Source: a virus
Taxonomy: Duplodnaviria > Caudoviricetes
Virus record (IMG/VR): IMGVR_UViG_3300027899_000061
Location: 1 to 26,335 of that record
Direction: 5' to 3' (one strand)
DNA: 26,335 nucleotides
Shown here: piece by piece, positions 1 through 7,536 of the stretch
How positions within the stretch are numbered: the first letter of the stretch is position 1
Layout of the letters: each line of letters opens with the position of its first letter
The notes under the pieces: model-generated
Databases searched by the model: none
Told to the model about the DNA's origin: nothing
The model's input: only the letters and a program-made list of their open reading frames with translations
Translations under genes and position numbers: made by a program

Positions 1-30
1 CAACAGTGCGATAAGCTTAGACTTTTTCAT
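1..30 (-). CDS. 5' start of a hypothetical protein (MKKSKLIALL...), runs off window
   Basis: ATG at 30 preceded by AAGGA SD and a consensus promoter at 56-84. Confidence 0.7.
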   Translation of the reverse strand, partial: MKKSKLIALL

Positions 31-55
31 GTGTGTTCCTTGTTGCTATGTGTTT

Positions 56-84
56 ATTATATACTCAAACTGAATTACGGTCAA
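56..84 (-). promoter_or_regulatory. sigma70-type early promoter
   Basis: TTGACC-17nt-TATAAT on minus strand; 55-84 identical to 1512-1541. Confidence 0.85.
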
Positions 85-340
85 ACCATTCATCTACCGT
101 GAGGACAGTGGGTTCATCGTAAACATCTTTACCGTTATCGTAATATGCATGATTTTGAGAAGACCATTTGTGCCCAGCAAACATGAAATTGCCGTAGTTG
201 GCGCCTGTTTTATATGAATCCTTTGCAGCCTTTTCAAATTCCACAGCAAATGCTTCTGCGGATTCATACTCTACTGGAACTGTGTTGCGGCATGAATACG
301 TATAACCATCACCCATCTGATATACAATGACTAATCGCAT
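65..340 (-). CDS. hypothetical phage protein, 91 aa
   Basis: ORF track; co-oriented with neighbours. Confidence 0.75.
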   Translation of the reverse strand: MRLVIVYQMGDGYTYSCRNTVPVEYESAEAFAVEFEKAAKDSYKTGANYGNFMFAGHKWSSQNHAYYDNGKDVYDEPTVLTVDEWFDRNSV

Positions 341-364
341 TTTGAATTCCCATTTGTAACTAAT

Positions 365-733
365 TTACAGACCCAACAGTTCACGTTCTTCTTCGGACAA
401 TTTTTTCAATGCTGCTTGCTTGACTTGATATTGACGTTCTGCCTCACGGGCTTCTTTTTCCTTCGACTCGACACGCCAAGTCAGATCGTTCAGCGACTCT
501 TCGGAATTGGTGCTGTAGAACAGATTAAGCATGTATTTGTAGGTGTGACGATCAACACGATCATACAAGGTAAACGTAAGATCGGAGTTAGCCCGTAGTT
601 CGTAGTTTGCATCCTGCGCCCGAGCCAGCATAGCCATCAAACGTTGCGGATAGGTTGCCTCTTGCTCTGCTTCAACCTGCTGCAACTCAACGGCGAAGCG
701 GGCCAGACGTTCTGCTTTAGTTTCTCTTGCCAT
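365..733 (-). CDS. hypothetical phage protein, 122 aa, C-terminal ALKKLSEEERELLGL helix
   Basis: AGGAG SD; directly downstream of promoter 767-795. Confidence 0.85.
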   Translation of the reverse strand: MARETKAERLARFAVELQQVEAEQEATYPQRLMAMLARAQDANYELRANSDLTFTLYDRVDRHTYKYMLNLFYSTNSEESLNDLTWRVESKEKEAREAERQYQVKQAALKKLSEEERELLGL

Positions 734-760
734 CTCAAACTCCTGTTTGTTGCTGTTTAA

Positions 761-795
761 GTATCTATTATAGCACTATGTGAATTAATTGTCAA
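761..795. repeat. 35-bp exact direct repeat containing a promoter (copy 2 at 1161-1195)
   Basis: gtatctattatagcactatgtgaattaattgtcaa present twice, 400 bp apart. Confidence 0.95.
767..795 (-). promoter_or_regulatory. sigma70-type early promoter
   Basis: perfect TTGACA-17nt-TATAAT. Confidence 0.9.
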
Positions 796-798
796 GCA

Positions 799-1140
799 TT
801 ACCAAATTGTGACTTCGACATCAAAGCCACGATCTTTTACTGAATCCATCCACCAGTCAAGCTCTGCAATGTGATCGCAACCTTCGTTCACAATCTTAAC
901 ACTGATTGGATCACCATCGCCAAAGATGTCGTCATCAGCGTATACATTCACTTGCTCATCTTTGGCTATGCTCAAGACCCAATCCTTGTATGCTTTAATG
1001 TAATCAGCAGATTTAACAATCTCATAAGACACGGTGGTGGGAGTCTGCCAAGCATTGAAATACTCAGTCTGAGACTCAATCTTGCCAGTACGGTTGACAG
1101 TTACTTCCCGCACAGCTTCAAAATGAATGTTCATGCTCAT
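799..1140 (-). CDS. hypothetical phage protein, 113 aa
   Basis: AAGGAG SD; bracketed by two identical promoters. Confidence 0.85.
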   Translation of the reverse strand: MSMNIHFEAVREVTVNRTGKIESQTEYFNAWQTPTTVSYEIVKSADYIKAYKDWVLSIAKDEQVNVYADDDIFGDGDPISVKIVNEGCDHIAELDWWMDSVKDRGFDVEVTIW

Positions 1141-1166
1141 GTTATGCTCCTTATTGCTATGTATCT

Positions 1167-1195
1167 ATTATAGCACTATGTGAATTAATTGTCAA
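1167..1195 (-). promoter_or_regulatory. sigma70-type early promoter
   Basis: perfect TTGACA-17nt-TATAAT; -35 overlaps the TGA stop of 1192..1482. Confidence 0.9.
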
Positions 1196-1482
1196 AAGAA
1201 GTCTTCAAACTCGTCAGCAGACATACAGAGATACTCCATTTCAGTGTATCCATTACGATCCACACCATCGCCTATACCAACATAATTGCCATCACAGTCA
1301 AAGGCAGAATATCCATATCGGTCATAACCTTCGTCATCATAGTCGTCAAACATGGTCTTTTCATCATATGCCACGCCGCTGTCGGAAATTTCTTTTGACC
1401 ACTCAGCAGGTACTTTGCCGTAACAGTTGTAGATAAACTCTTTGTCACGGGGAAGATTTGGAGAATATTTTCCTCGGCTCAT
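1192..1482 (-). CDS. acidic hypothetical protein with YDxxGYD-type repeats, 96 aa
   Basis: YDDEGYDRYGY / DCDGNY / DRNGY; AAGGAG SD. Confidence 0.85.
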   Translation of the reverse strand: MSRGKYSPNLPRDKEFIYNCYGKVPAEWSKEISDSGVAYDEKTMFDDYDDEGYDRYGYSAFDCDGNYVGIGDGVDRNGYTEMEYLCMSADEFEDFF

Positions 1483-1512
1483 GTTCGGCTCCTTGTTGCT
1501 GGTTAAGTATAT

Positions 1513-1541
1513 ATTATATACTCAAACTGAATTACGGTCAA
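1513..1541 (-). promoter_or_regulatory. sigma70-type early promoter
   Basis: TTGACC-17nt-TATAAT; identical to 56-84. Confidence 0.85.
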
Positions 1542-1543
1542 TC

Positions 1544-1768
1544 TTATTTGCGTTTTGCCTTGGAATTTTTAATTTCTTCTGCGCGACGGAATGCATTTAG
1601 ATCGTCACGAGTTAACCAACCGTCATGCCATTTTGGCCCAGGACCGCCGCCCACAAGCCATCGTGTAGGATGCTTGAGTAATTCAGGTTTCAGCTTGTCA
1701 ATTTTCCACATTGGGCGATTCGCAAGCCAATCAGCGTTTCGGGCATTTATTTCAGTGCTGTGTGTCAT
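1544..1768 (-). CDS. hypothetical protein, 74 aa
   Basis: strong AAGGAGGTG SD. Confidence 0.8.
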   Translation of the reverse strand: MTHSTEINARNADWLANRPMWKIDKLKPELLKHPTRWLVGGGPGPKWHDGWLTRDDLNAFRRAEEIKNSKAKRK

Positions 1769-1802
1769 TTCACCTCCTTGATGCCGTGGTCGGTCTCTGC
1801 TC

Positions 1803-2624
1803 TCATTTACTCTCCTTGGTCATATCATCCTGTTGGGGATCGTATGTGCCAATGTTGCCTGTTGCACTTTTGATTTGAGTTTGATAGAAGGGTCTGTAGG
1901 TAATGTGAGTGGGTCCACCATCATTGCCCATTTCTAAATCATCCGGATCGCCACCATATAATTTACCACCAACATCAAAGGCATCGTAGTGAAAAATACC
2001 ATCATAACCAAATGATTCCAACGCTGCTACAAATTCTGAACTGTCACCTATTGTAAACGTATCTATAGTACAATCCTCTAGTATATTTACAATACTACTG
2101 TCATCATCTCCTGCAAGTTCAGATATTTTTTCTGCTACTTCCACAAAGTCTTTCATTCGATAGAGACCATCACTTGCATCGATTTTATACCGTGCACCAG
2201 TGTTGTAAATTATGGTATCTAATTCTTGTAGAATTTCAATTATAGTACCAATATCGTATTTGGGGAATTTGCGAAATATTTCGTCTAGCGTAGCGTTTTC
2301 TCCTAGATCGCGTATGTCAAATGGTGTCTTTATAGCAAGATATACTGGGTGAACATTACTGCCAGCACCATACTCATGGGTAGCTAACTGTCTTGCGTAT
2401 ACACTGGCAACATGTGGATCAGCCGCAAAACTTGATGTTGCTCTCCCCCGTCTTAGACCAAAGCCAGTTGATTTAGGAACTCGTCTGGTACCACGAAACA
2501 CCATCAGTGGACTACCGCTTGAGTCAACAACCTTACTGCCACGAAACCATGCTAAGAATGCTGGATTATACTGTCGCTGTGCCGCTTCCACAATGTTGAT
2601 AAGTTTGCGTATATCGTTGGACAT
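1803..2624 (-). CDS. ADP-ribosyltransferase-fold protein resembling ART-PolyVal (273 aa from MSNDIRK)
   Basis: motifs FxAWFxGSKVVDxxGxPLxVxxGT, VxPVYLxIKxP, GYDGI and QIKSATGNxGTYDP, recognised from memory of the family; start chosen at M21 of the ORF-track protein. Confidence 0.7.
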   Translation of the reverse strand: MSNDIRKLINIVEAAQRQYNPAFLAWFRGSKVVDSSGSPLMVFRGTRRVPKSTGFGLRRGRATSSFAADPHVASVYARQLATHEYGAGSNVHPVYLAIKTPFDIRDLGENATLDEIFRKFPKYDIGTIIEILQELDTIIYNTGARYKIDASDGLYRMKDFVEVAEKISELAGDDDSSIVNILEDCTIDTFTIGDSSEFVAALESFGYDGIFHYDAFDVGGKLYGGDPDDLEMGNDGGPTHITYRPFYQTQIKSATGNIGTYDPQQDDMTKESK

Positions 2625-2628
2625 ACGG

Positions 2629-2636
2629 TATTTATG
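2629..2636 (-). promoter_or_regulatory. putative T4-like late promoter (CATAAATA)
   Basis: 1 mismatch to TATAAATA, 4 nt upstream of the ATG at 2624, no SD. Confidence 0.45.
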
Positions 2637-2719
2637 TTCAACTGGCAACGTATGCCTCAGCTGTTGGGGATGTTGGAAAAACACGCCAGCTGTGCCGCAA
2701 TAAGATCCGTTGGCTCTTG

Positions 2720-2773
2720 TTATTGAGCATATTCAGCAGATTTTTTGTAAAGTTCTTGAATTCGTTCGTTCAT
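2720..2773 (-). pseudogene. truncated MNER-family gene (MNERIQELYKKSAEYAQ*)
   Basis: intact N-terminal box with ATGA overlap, TAA after 17 codons, no central or C-terminal box downstream. Confidence 0.7.
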
Positions 2774-3006
2774 AGTCTACGCCAAATGTGTGTACAATCT
2801 GGACACTGCCATTGTTGCGTCCTATCTGTTTCCATATCGTAAATGCCAATCTGTCGGCCCCACTGCCCCCGCTCTCGTGTGGCACCATACATTGCCGCAA
2901 TACGATCAGCTTCAGCTTCACTGCCAGAATCTTTGTAAAAGTGTTCCCAAATGCTGCCACCATCAAGATCGGCATTGCAGTTAGGGCAATATCCATTTTC
3001 GTTCAT
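2770..3006 (-). CDS. zinc-ribbon-like protein, 78 aa
   Basis: CPNC...CPDC; starts ATGAACGAA at a junction box. Confidence 0.8.
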   Translation of the reverse strand: MNENGYCPNCNADLDGGSIWEHFYKDSGSEAEADRIAAMYGATRERGQWGRQIGIYDMETDRTQQWQCPDCTHIWRRL

Positions 3007-3194
3007 TCTTCAACTCCGATTTTATCTGAGGGAATCTGGTTATAGGGCATATTGTGTTTGCGGCTTTCTTCTATGATATGAGCCAAGTCATCTTCAAATT
3101 TTGTATATCCAGGATTAGATCGTAGTCGTTGCCAGAATGGACTATTAGTGTCATCACTGAACACTTCCTTGATACTGGTTTTATATGCCTTCAT
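3003..3194 (-). CDS. hypothetical protein ending in the GVEE junction box, 63 aa
   Basis: ATGA overlaps at both ends. Confidence 0.8.
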   Translation of the reverse strand: MKAYKTSIKEVFSDDTNSPFWQRLRSNPGYTKFEDDLAHIIEESRKHNMPYNQIPSDKIGVEE

Positions 3195-3472
3195 TTTTCA
3201 ACTCCGAAATGATCTAAAACTGTTTGCCCACAATCATTGATAACTGCTTCTTCAATCTGACTGCGATAATCTTTATAATAACACGGAACACTCAGCACTA
3301 CATTACTACACTTCTTGATAATCAACTCAGCGAACTTTTCTGGATCAAAGTTTTTGTAGACATTGATTTCTTGAAATGTATGAGTTCCATTTCCGTCAAT
3401 ATTTGTTGGTTTAGAGTCCAGTCTATATAACATACCAGCCTGTGTCATAAGTTCTTTAATTCGTTCGTTCAT
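3191..3472 (-). CDS. MNER-FAELI-HFGVE family paralog, 93 aa
   Basis: all three conserved boxes. Confidence 0.9.
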   Translation of the reverse strand: MNERIKELMTQAGMLYRLDSKPTNIDGNGTHTFQEINVYKNFDPEKFAELIIKKCSNVVLSVPCYYKDYRSQIEEAVINDCGQTVLDHFGVEK

Positions 3473-3636
3473 TCTTTAACTCCAGTCTGATTATTCAGCA
3501 CCCAAGTCAGTCTGTCAATAACGTCCTTCAAATCATCTTTGACAATAACTGCACCAACTTTAAGACGGCGTGCATAACTCATATCTGCTACACGTATTGC
3601 CCAATCCATGTATAATTGTGTAAATCTATCTTTCAT
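3469..3636 (-). CDS. 55-aa chimera: dCMP deaminase-like N-terminus fused to a GVKE junction tail
   Basis: manual translation MKDRFTQLYMDWAIRVADMSYARRLKVGAVIVKDDLKDVIDRLTWVLNNQTGVKE; lacks GYNG, HAE and PCxxC. Confidence 0.7.
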   Translation of the reverse strand: MKDRFTQLYMDWAIRVADMSYARRLKVGAVIVKDDLKDVIDRLTWVLNNQTGVKE

Positions 3637-3799
3637 TTTTTAGTTCTAGCAACATTTTTTTAAAATCTGCCATATATGCTAATTGGATATTATGTAGATA
3701 CATGTATAGCTTGGTATCGTTACTCCACTCTTCTATCGCATAGACTAATGCAGAATCAACATGCGGCTCTAATTTTAGTACGTATTCTTCTAATGTCAT
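3626..3799 (-). CDS. hypothetical protein, 57 aa (MTLEEYVLKL...LKNER)
   Basis: manual translation; ATGA overlap at junction box; fills the gap. Confidence 0.7.
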   Translation of the reverse strand: MTLEEYVLKLEPHVDSALVYAIEEWSNDTKLYMYLHNIQLAYMADFKKMLLELKNER

Positions 3800-4071
3800 T
3801 CTTTAACTCCAAAATGGTGATCAATCAATGCTCTCACATACCATGTACTCAGCCCAATATGTCCCCAGCCTGGTCCACGCTCGTGGGGAACATAAACCTT
3901 GTCGCACTTATCATGTTCAGCCTCTGCTAGAAGTTTTTTAAGTTCTTCAATGCCAAATCCCTTAAAGAAATTAAAAGATGATTGAGTTGAAAAATAATGG
4001 TATTCATGTTTAAAGTCAGTGGTTGGATAGCCCTTATCGTAGGGAATTTTTATGCCGTCAAATGCGCCCAT
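3796..4071 (-). CDS. hypothetical protein with HFGVKE tail, 91 aa
   Basis: unrelated body, C-terminal box present. Confidence 0.85.
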   Translation of the reverse strand: MGAFDGIKIPYDKGYPTTDFKHEYHYFSTQSSFNFFKGFGIEELKKLLAEAEHDKCDKVYVPHERGPGWGHIGLSTWYVRALIDHHFGVKE

Positions 4072-4277
4072 TATTCTTCAACTCCGAAATGTGTAAACAA
4101 TAATTCACAGTGGTGTGTTGCTCCATTATCTTCGTACATAACACTGACACATTCTTTGACAATCAACTCGGCGAACTTTTCGTATAGTTTGCTCTCAAAA
4201 TTCTTATACTCCATAATCATAAGGAGTTGCGTTTCTTCCACAGCCTGTTCAGCAAGTTTTCGAATTCGGTCGTTCAT
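4071..4277 (-). CDS. MNER-FAELI-HFGVE family paralog, 68 aa
   Basis: all three boxes. Confidence 0.9.
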   Translation of the reverse strand: MNDRIRKLAEQAVEETQLLMIMEYKNFESKLYEKFAELIVKECVSVMYEDNGATHHCELLFTHFGVEE

Positions 4278-4489
4278 TCTTCAACTCCGAAATGTTGTTT
4301 AACCACGCTACTAAAAGTTGACTCAAGTTCATAATTACGCAAAGTTACTTGAATACATTCTCTGACAATCAACTCGGCGAACTTTTCGATGGCTTCGTCG
4401 CCCACAAGAGCATGCCCCATATAGTCATCATAGATACCAGTATAATGTGGGTCAGCCTGTTCAGCAAGTTCTTTAATTCGTTCGTTCAT
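4274..4489 (-). CDS. MNER-FAELI-HFGVE family paralog, 71 aa
   Basis: all three boxes. Confidence 0.9.
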   Translation of the reverse strand: MNERIKELAEQADPHYTGIYDDYMGHALVGDEAIEKFAELIVRECIQVTLRNYELESTFSSVVKQHFGVEE

Positions 4490-4779
4490 TCTTCAACTCC
4501 GAAAAAATGTTCTCTAATCGCTACGTAACTATCAACACCACACTGAACATAACCATCCCAATGTGTGTCCTTCATCATTTCTTTATCTTCTAACACAGGC
4601 TTATACTGTTCTTCAACCTGACGCATACATTCTTTCACAATCAACTCGGCGAACTTTTCATTATAATCTTCAGCAAACACCTCGTGATAATCTTCCCAAT
4701 TTGGGTAACCTGCTTCTAGCCATTGTTGATTAGCGTATGCTTCAGCTTGACTGACGAGCTGTTTAATTCGTTCGTTCAT
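4486..4779 (-). CDS. MNER-FAELI-HFGVE family paralog, 97 aa
   Basis: all three boxes; start reset to MNER. Confidence 0.9.
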   Translation of the reverse strand: MNERIKQLVSQAEAYANQQWLEAGYPNWEDYHEVFAEDYNEKFAELIVKECMRQVEEQYKPVLEDKEMMKDTHWDGYVQCGVDSYVAIREHFFGVEE

Positions 4780-5107
4780 TAAATGCCTTTCTACAATCAA
4801 TCAATAAGTCTCGCACTTTTTGGTGCTCCATGAGTTCAGGATTAAACAAGCCACCTACTGACAAGTATTCCGTAATTCTATCTACAAGTTGTTTGGTTGG
4901 ATTCATTCTTGTCCTGATAGTGTCGGCAAGGTCTGCTGGATGCGTTGATTTGTCAGCCTCTGCACATATCTTTGCACATGCCTCGTTTTCTGCTGTTGCT
5001 ACAAGGTTGGCAAAACCCTCTAGACTACGCCAGTCATACTTATCCCAAGTGCCGTTCCAATCAAGGTCAACTGCTTTTGCCATGCGTACAATATCATTTT
5101 TGGTCAT
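4763..5107 (-). CDS. hypothetical two-part protein, 114 aa; N-terminal half resembles the array family architecture
   Basis: DIVRMAKA...EGFANLV...EACAKIC; ATGA overlap. Confidence 0.8.
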   Translation of the reverse strand: MTKNDIVRMAKAVDLDWNGTWDKYDWRSLEGFANLVATAENEACAKICAEADKSTHPADLADTIRTRMNPTKQLVDRITEYLSVGGLFNPELMEHQKVRDLLIDCRKAFNERTN

Positions 5108-5301
5108 CGCAACTCCGGTTCTTTTTCATAGCATGGTTTACACACTGCATCTGATCGTGGTCCCATACAGTGATAGATAACACCAGCACAATACTTACAC
5201 AAGATAAATGCGTGAGTCACTATACTGCCTTTTGCCGGCGCATACATGTGATAGTAACCTTCTTCACGCTCTGTGTAGCCAATGTGTTCACGTTCGTTCA
5301 T
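5104..5301 (-). CDS. small Cys-rich (zinc finger-like) protein with MNER start, 65 aa
   Basis: CKYC, HC, CKPC. Confidence 0.8.
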   Translation of the reverse strand: MNEREHIGYTEREEGYYHMYAPAKGSIVTHAFILCKYCAGVIYHCMGPRSDAVCKPCYEKEPELR

Positions 5302-5729
5302 TCGTTAAACTCCTTAAGTTCAAACACATAATGACCACCACGACGAGAGCTTACCCAATTCAGATGCCACATCATATCACACTTTTGCATTGAACTGATA
5401 ATGCTTTCATTGCCACTCCATCCAGCAGTTGAAATATCATACTGATAGACTTTCTCATCTTTGCGATACTCATGATCAGCCTCACCTTCCCCCCAGCCCC
5501 ATGATGGCATGTACCAAATGCTTTTGATAAAGTCGAACCAACCTTTGGCATCGCTCCAGTGCCAGGTTTCAACAATATCAAGTGCAGCATCAGTGGGATA
5601 CCCGTCCTCATCTATTAGGTCTTGCTCCATTAGTTTAGCAATGAGTGCCTTACTGTCTGCAATATCCTGCAACATCTTGGTATGAATTTCTTTAATATAC
5701 GCTTCGTGTTCTTCCTTAGTTCTTTTCAC
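5298..5729 (-). CDS. hypothetical phage protein, 143 aa (DEDGYPT...STAGWSGNE...RGGHY)
   Basis: GTG start overlapping the upstream TGA, with GGAG SD. Confidence 0.8.
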   Translation of the reverse strand: MKRTKEEHEAYIKEIHTKMLQDIADSKALIAKLMEQDLIDEDGYPTDAALDIVETWHWSDAKGWFDFIKSIWYMPSWGWGEGEADHEYRKDEKVYQYDISTAGWSGNESIISSMQKCDMMWHLNWVSSRRGGHYVFELKEFNE

Positions 5730-5914
5730 TGTGTCACTCCAAAGTGTTTCTTTGCTGCATTCCACCCATACTGAAATGCTTCCCATTCTAGTTCATCATA
5801 GCCACATGCACCCGATAGCGAAATATTGCGACCATCTGAGGTATCTTTGAGATATAGATCAAACATATCTGACTGTTCTTGGGTGTCCCAATCTTCTTTC
5901 ATTCGTTCGTTCAT
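5726..5914 (-). CDS. hypothetical protein with MNER start and HFGV tail but unrelated core, 62 aa
   Basis: start reset to M34 of the ORF-track protein. Confidence 0.8.
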   Translation of the reverse strand: MNERMKEDWDTQEQSDMFDLYLKDTSDGRNISLSGACGYDELEWEAFQYGWNAAKKHFGVTQ

Positions 5915-5915
5915 G

Positions 5916-6155
5916 TTATTTCCAGAATTTGTACCAAGGCTTCCTAATAGATACAGGTTTTCCCTCAAAGTAGAGTGCATCAGGACCACATTTTTCTTCA
6001 CGCATGCCGGCATACTGCAAGGGTTTACTCCGTGTCACGTGTGCAAATTTAGCATTAATGGAGCCATCAATTACAGAATACCCATTTTGGGGTGCATGGC
6101 ACCAATCTGCCCTGTACCCCTTCGAAAAATACTTACAGTCTTTACATAATTTCAT
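5916..6155 (-). CDS. small Cys-rich protein, 79 aa
   Basis: CKDC..C..C; C-terminal KPWYKFWK. Confidence 0.8.
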   Translation of the reverse strand: MKLCKDCKYFSKGYRADWCHAPQNGYSVIDGSINAKFAHVTRSKPLQYAGMREEKCGPDALYFEGKPVSIRKPWYKFWK

Positions 6156-6469
6156 TCTTTAGCTCCAAACTTTTCTTGCAGCCGTTTGAACTCAGCAGCA
6201 TCACGCTGTTCTTCAAACTTTGCGTAGTTTTCTTCACGAGCAATGCGCCGTGCCAGTTCTTCGTCAGTTTCTGGTTCATCTTTGCAAACATACAAAGTCT
6301 CTCGATCAGAGTCACTATACGGTTCACACTTGCCCATGATCTGTGCGTCATTGCCATACTTCTCGATCAGCATCTTGACTTTGTTCAATACATCTTCTAG
6401 CGTATTCCATTCAAAATGAATCGAAGTCTTTTCTTTAGAGACCATCTTGCGTTCGTAATTTACTTTCAT
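6152..6469 (-). CDS. hypothetical protein ending FGAKE, 105 aa
   Basis: degenerate junction box GGAGCTAAAGAATGA. Confidence 0.85.
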   Translation of the reverse strand: MKVNYERKMVSKEKTSIHFEWNTLEDVLNKVKMLIEKYGNDAQIMGKCEPYSDSDRETLYVCKDEPETDEELARRIAREENYAKFEEQRDAAEFKRLQEKFGAKE

Positions 6470-6631
6470 TTATTCCACATCCATTTCTTGGTAATTGCGA
6501 TACTCAGATTCGGTATCTTCAAATTCTTCTTTCCAAATCAATGCTTTGACTTCATTATCAAACACTTTCATCGCCGACTTGAATTCGTCACAATAGTTGA
6601 AATAGCACTGATATCCGATCCAGACTTTCAT
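6470..6631 (-). CDS. hypothetical protein, 53 aa (MKVWIGYQCY...EMDVE)
   Basis: manual translation; fills the gap exactly. Confidence 0.75.
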   Translation of the reverse strand: MKVWIGYQCYFNYCDEFKSAMKVFDNEVKALIWKEEFEDTESEYRNYQEMDVE

Positions 6632-6882
6632 TCTTCAACTCCGAAATGTGCTTTAACTCTAGTCATAGCAGCAATTTTAGCAGTTTTATATGCCCCAGAT
6701 GCAGAACAGTCTGTGTCAGGAATAGCCTCAGCAATTTGAGCAGTACATTCCCGAACAATCAACTCGGCAAACCTTTCTGCACTAAAGCACATTGTCTCAT
6801 AAGGCATGTTGTTAGATGGATCAATTGTGGTATCTGGCACATGAGCCTGTTTATAAAGTTCCAACATTCGTTCGTTCATCAC
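6628..6882 (-). CDS. MNER-FAELI-HFGVE family paralog, 84 aa
   Basis: all three boxes. Confidence 0.9.
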   Translation of the reverse strand: MMNERMLELYKQAHVPDTTIDPSNNMPYETMCFSAERFAELIVRECTAQIAEAIPDTDCSASGAYKTAKIAAMTRVKAHFGVEE

Positions 6883-7022
6883 ATGCTCTCCAATGCCTTC
6901 TTTAGTTCAATGAGTTCTTTAGCCAGTTTGTCATAGTCGCTCTTCCGAACAAACTTAATATACTTTGCAGTTCCTACACTGGTCATAGCAGGGACCCAAA
7001 ATGCCCAAGTTTTTGGTTTCAT
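6879..7022 (-). CDS. hypothetical protein, 47 aa (MKPKTWAFW...)
   Basis: ATGA overlaps at both ends. Confidence 0.75.
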   Translation of the reverse strand: MKPKTWAFWVPAMTSVGTAKYIKFVRKSDYDKLAKELIELKKALESM

Positions 7023-7327
7023 TCCGCAACTCCGAAATGTTCTTTGATCTGATTTGCCGCCCAACGAACACCTTTGTCCCATTCGTCATTGCTACCATTA
7101 TCGGCACACTGGTCAATACATTCCTGAACAATCAACTCGGCGAACTTTTGATCTAAGAGTTTTCTATATTCTTCTATGTCAATACCATTATCAATGCTAT
7201 CAACATAGTCTGCGGCTTGTTGTTTAAGTTCTTTAATTCGTTCGTTCATTTTAAGCTCCCAAGAAATGGGAATCACGCAACCTTGGTATTGAACAGTTTG
7301 CGAAATTCCGTCTATATTGTGTATCAT
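7019..7327 (-). CDS. MNER-FAELI-HFGVE family paralog with 26-aa leader
   Basis: all three boxes; alternative start MNER at 7249. Confidence 0.9.
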   Translation of the reverse strand: MIHNIDGISQTVQYQGCVIPISWELKMNERIKELKQQAADYVDSIDNGIDIEEYRKLLDQKFAELIVQECIDQCADNGSNDEWDKGVRWAANQIKEHFGVAE

Positions 7328-7341
7328 TCTTCAACTCCGAA
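7245..7341. repeat. 97-bp exact direct repeat (copy 2 at 10209-10305)
   Basis: base-by-base identity, offset 2964. Confidence 0.95.
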
Positions 7342-7536
7342 CCGTTCTAGTATATGCATATCAATAGCATAGGTTGGCATCATTTTTATTTCACAATATT
7401 CTTCGTGTTCAACAGCAATTTTAGCACACTCCCGAATAATCAACTCGGCAAATTTTTCCATAACTAAATCAGTCCCGTATGCTAGTCTGTCTGGATATCC
7501 AGCCTGACGACCAAGTTCTTTAATTCGTTCGTTCAT
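7324..7536 (-). CDS. MNER-FAELI-HFGVE family paralog, 70 aa
   Basis: all three boxes. Confidence 0.9.
   Translation of the reverse strand: MNERIKELGRQAGYPDRLAYGTDLVMEKFAELIIRECAKIAVEHEEYCEIKMMPTYAIDMHILERFGVEE

Noticed and set aside
4486-4502. Classical integron attC sites (GTTGAAG/GTTAAAG resembles GTTRRRY)
   Set aside because: Last base does not fit, no inverse core or long palindrome seen, sites are intragenic, and no integrase in the window.
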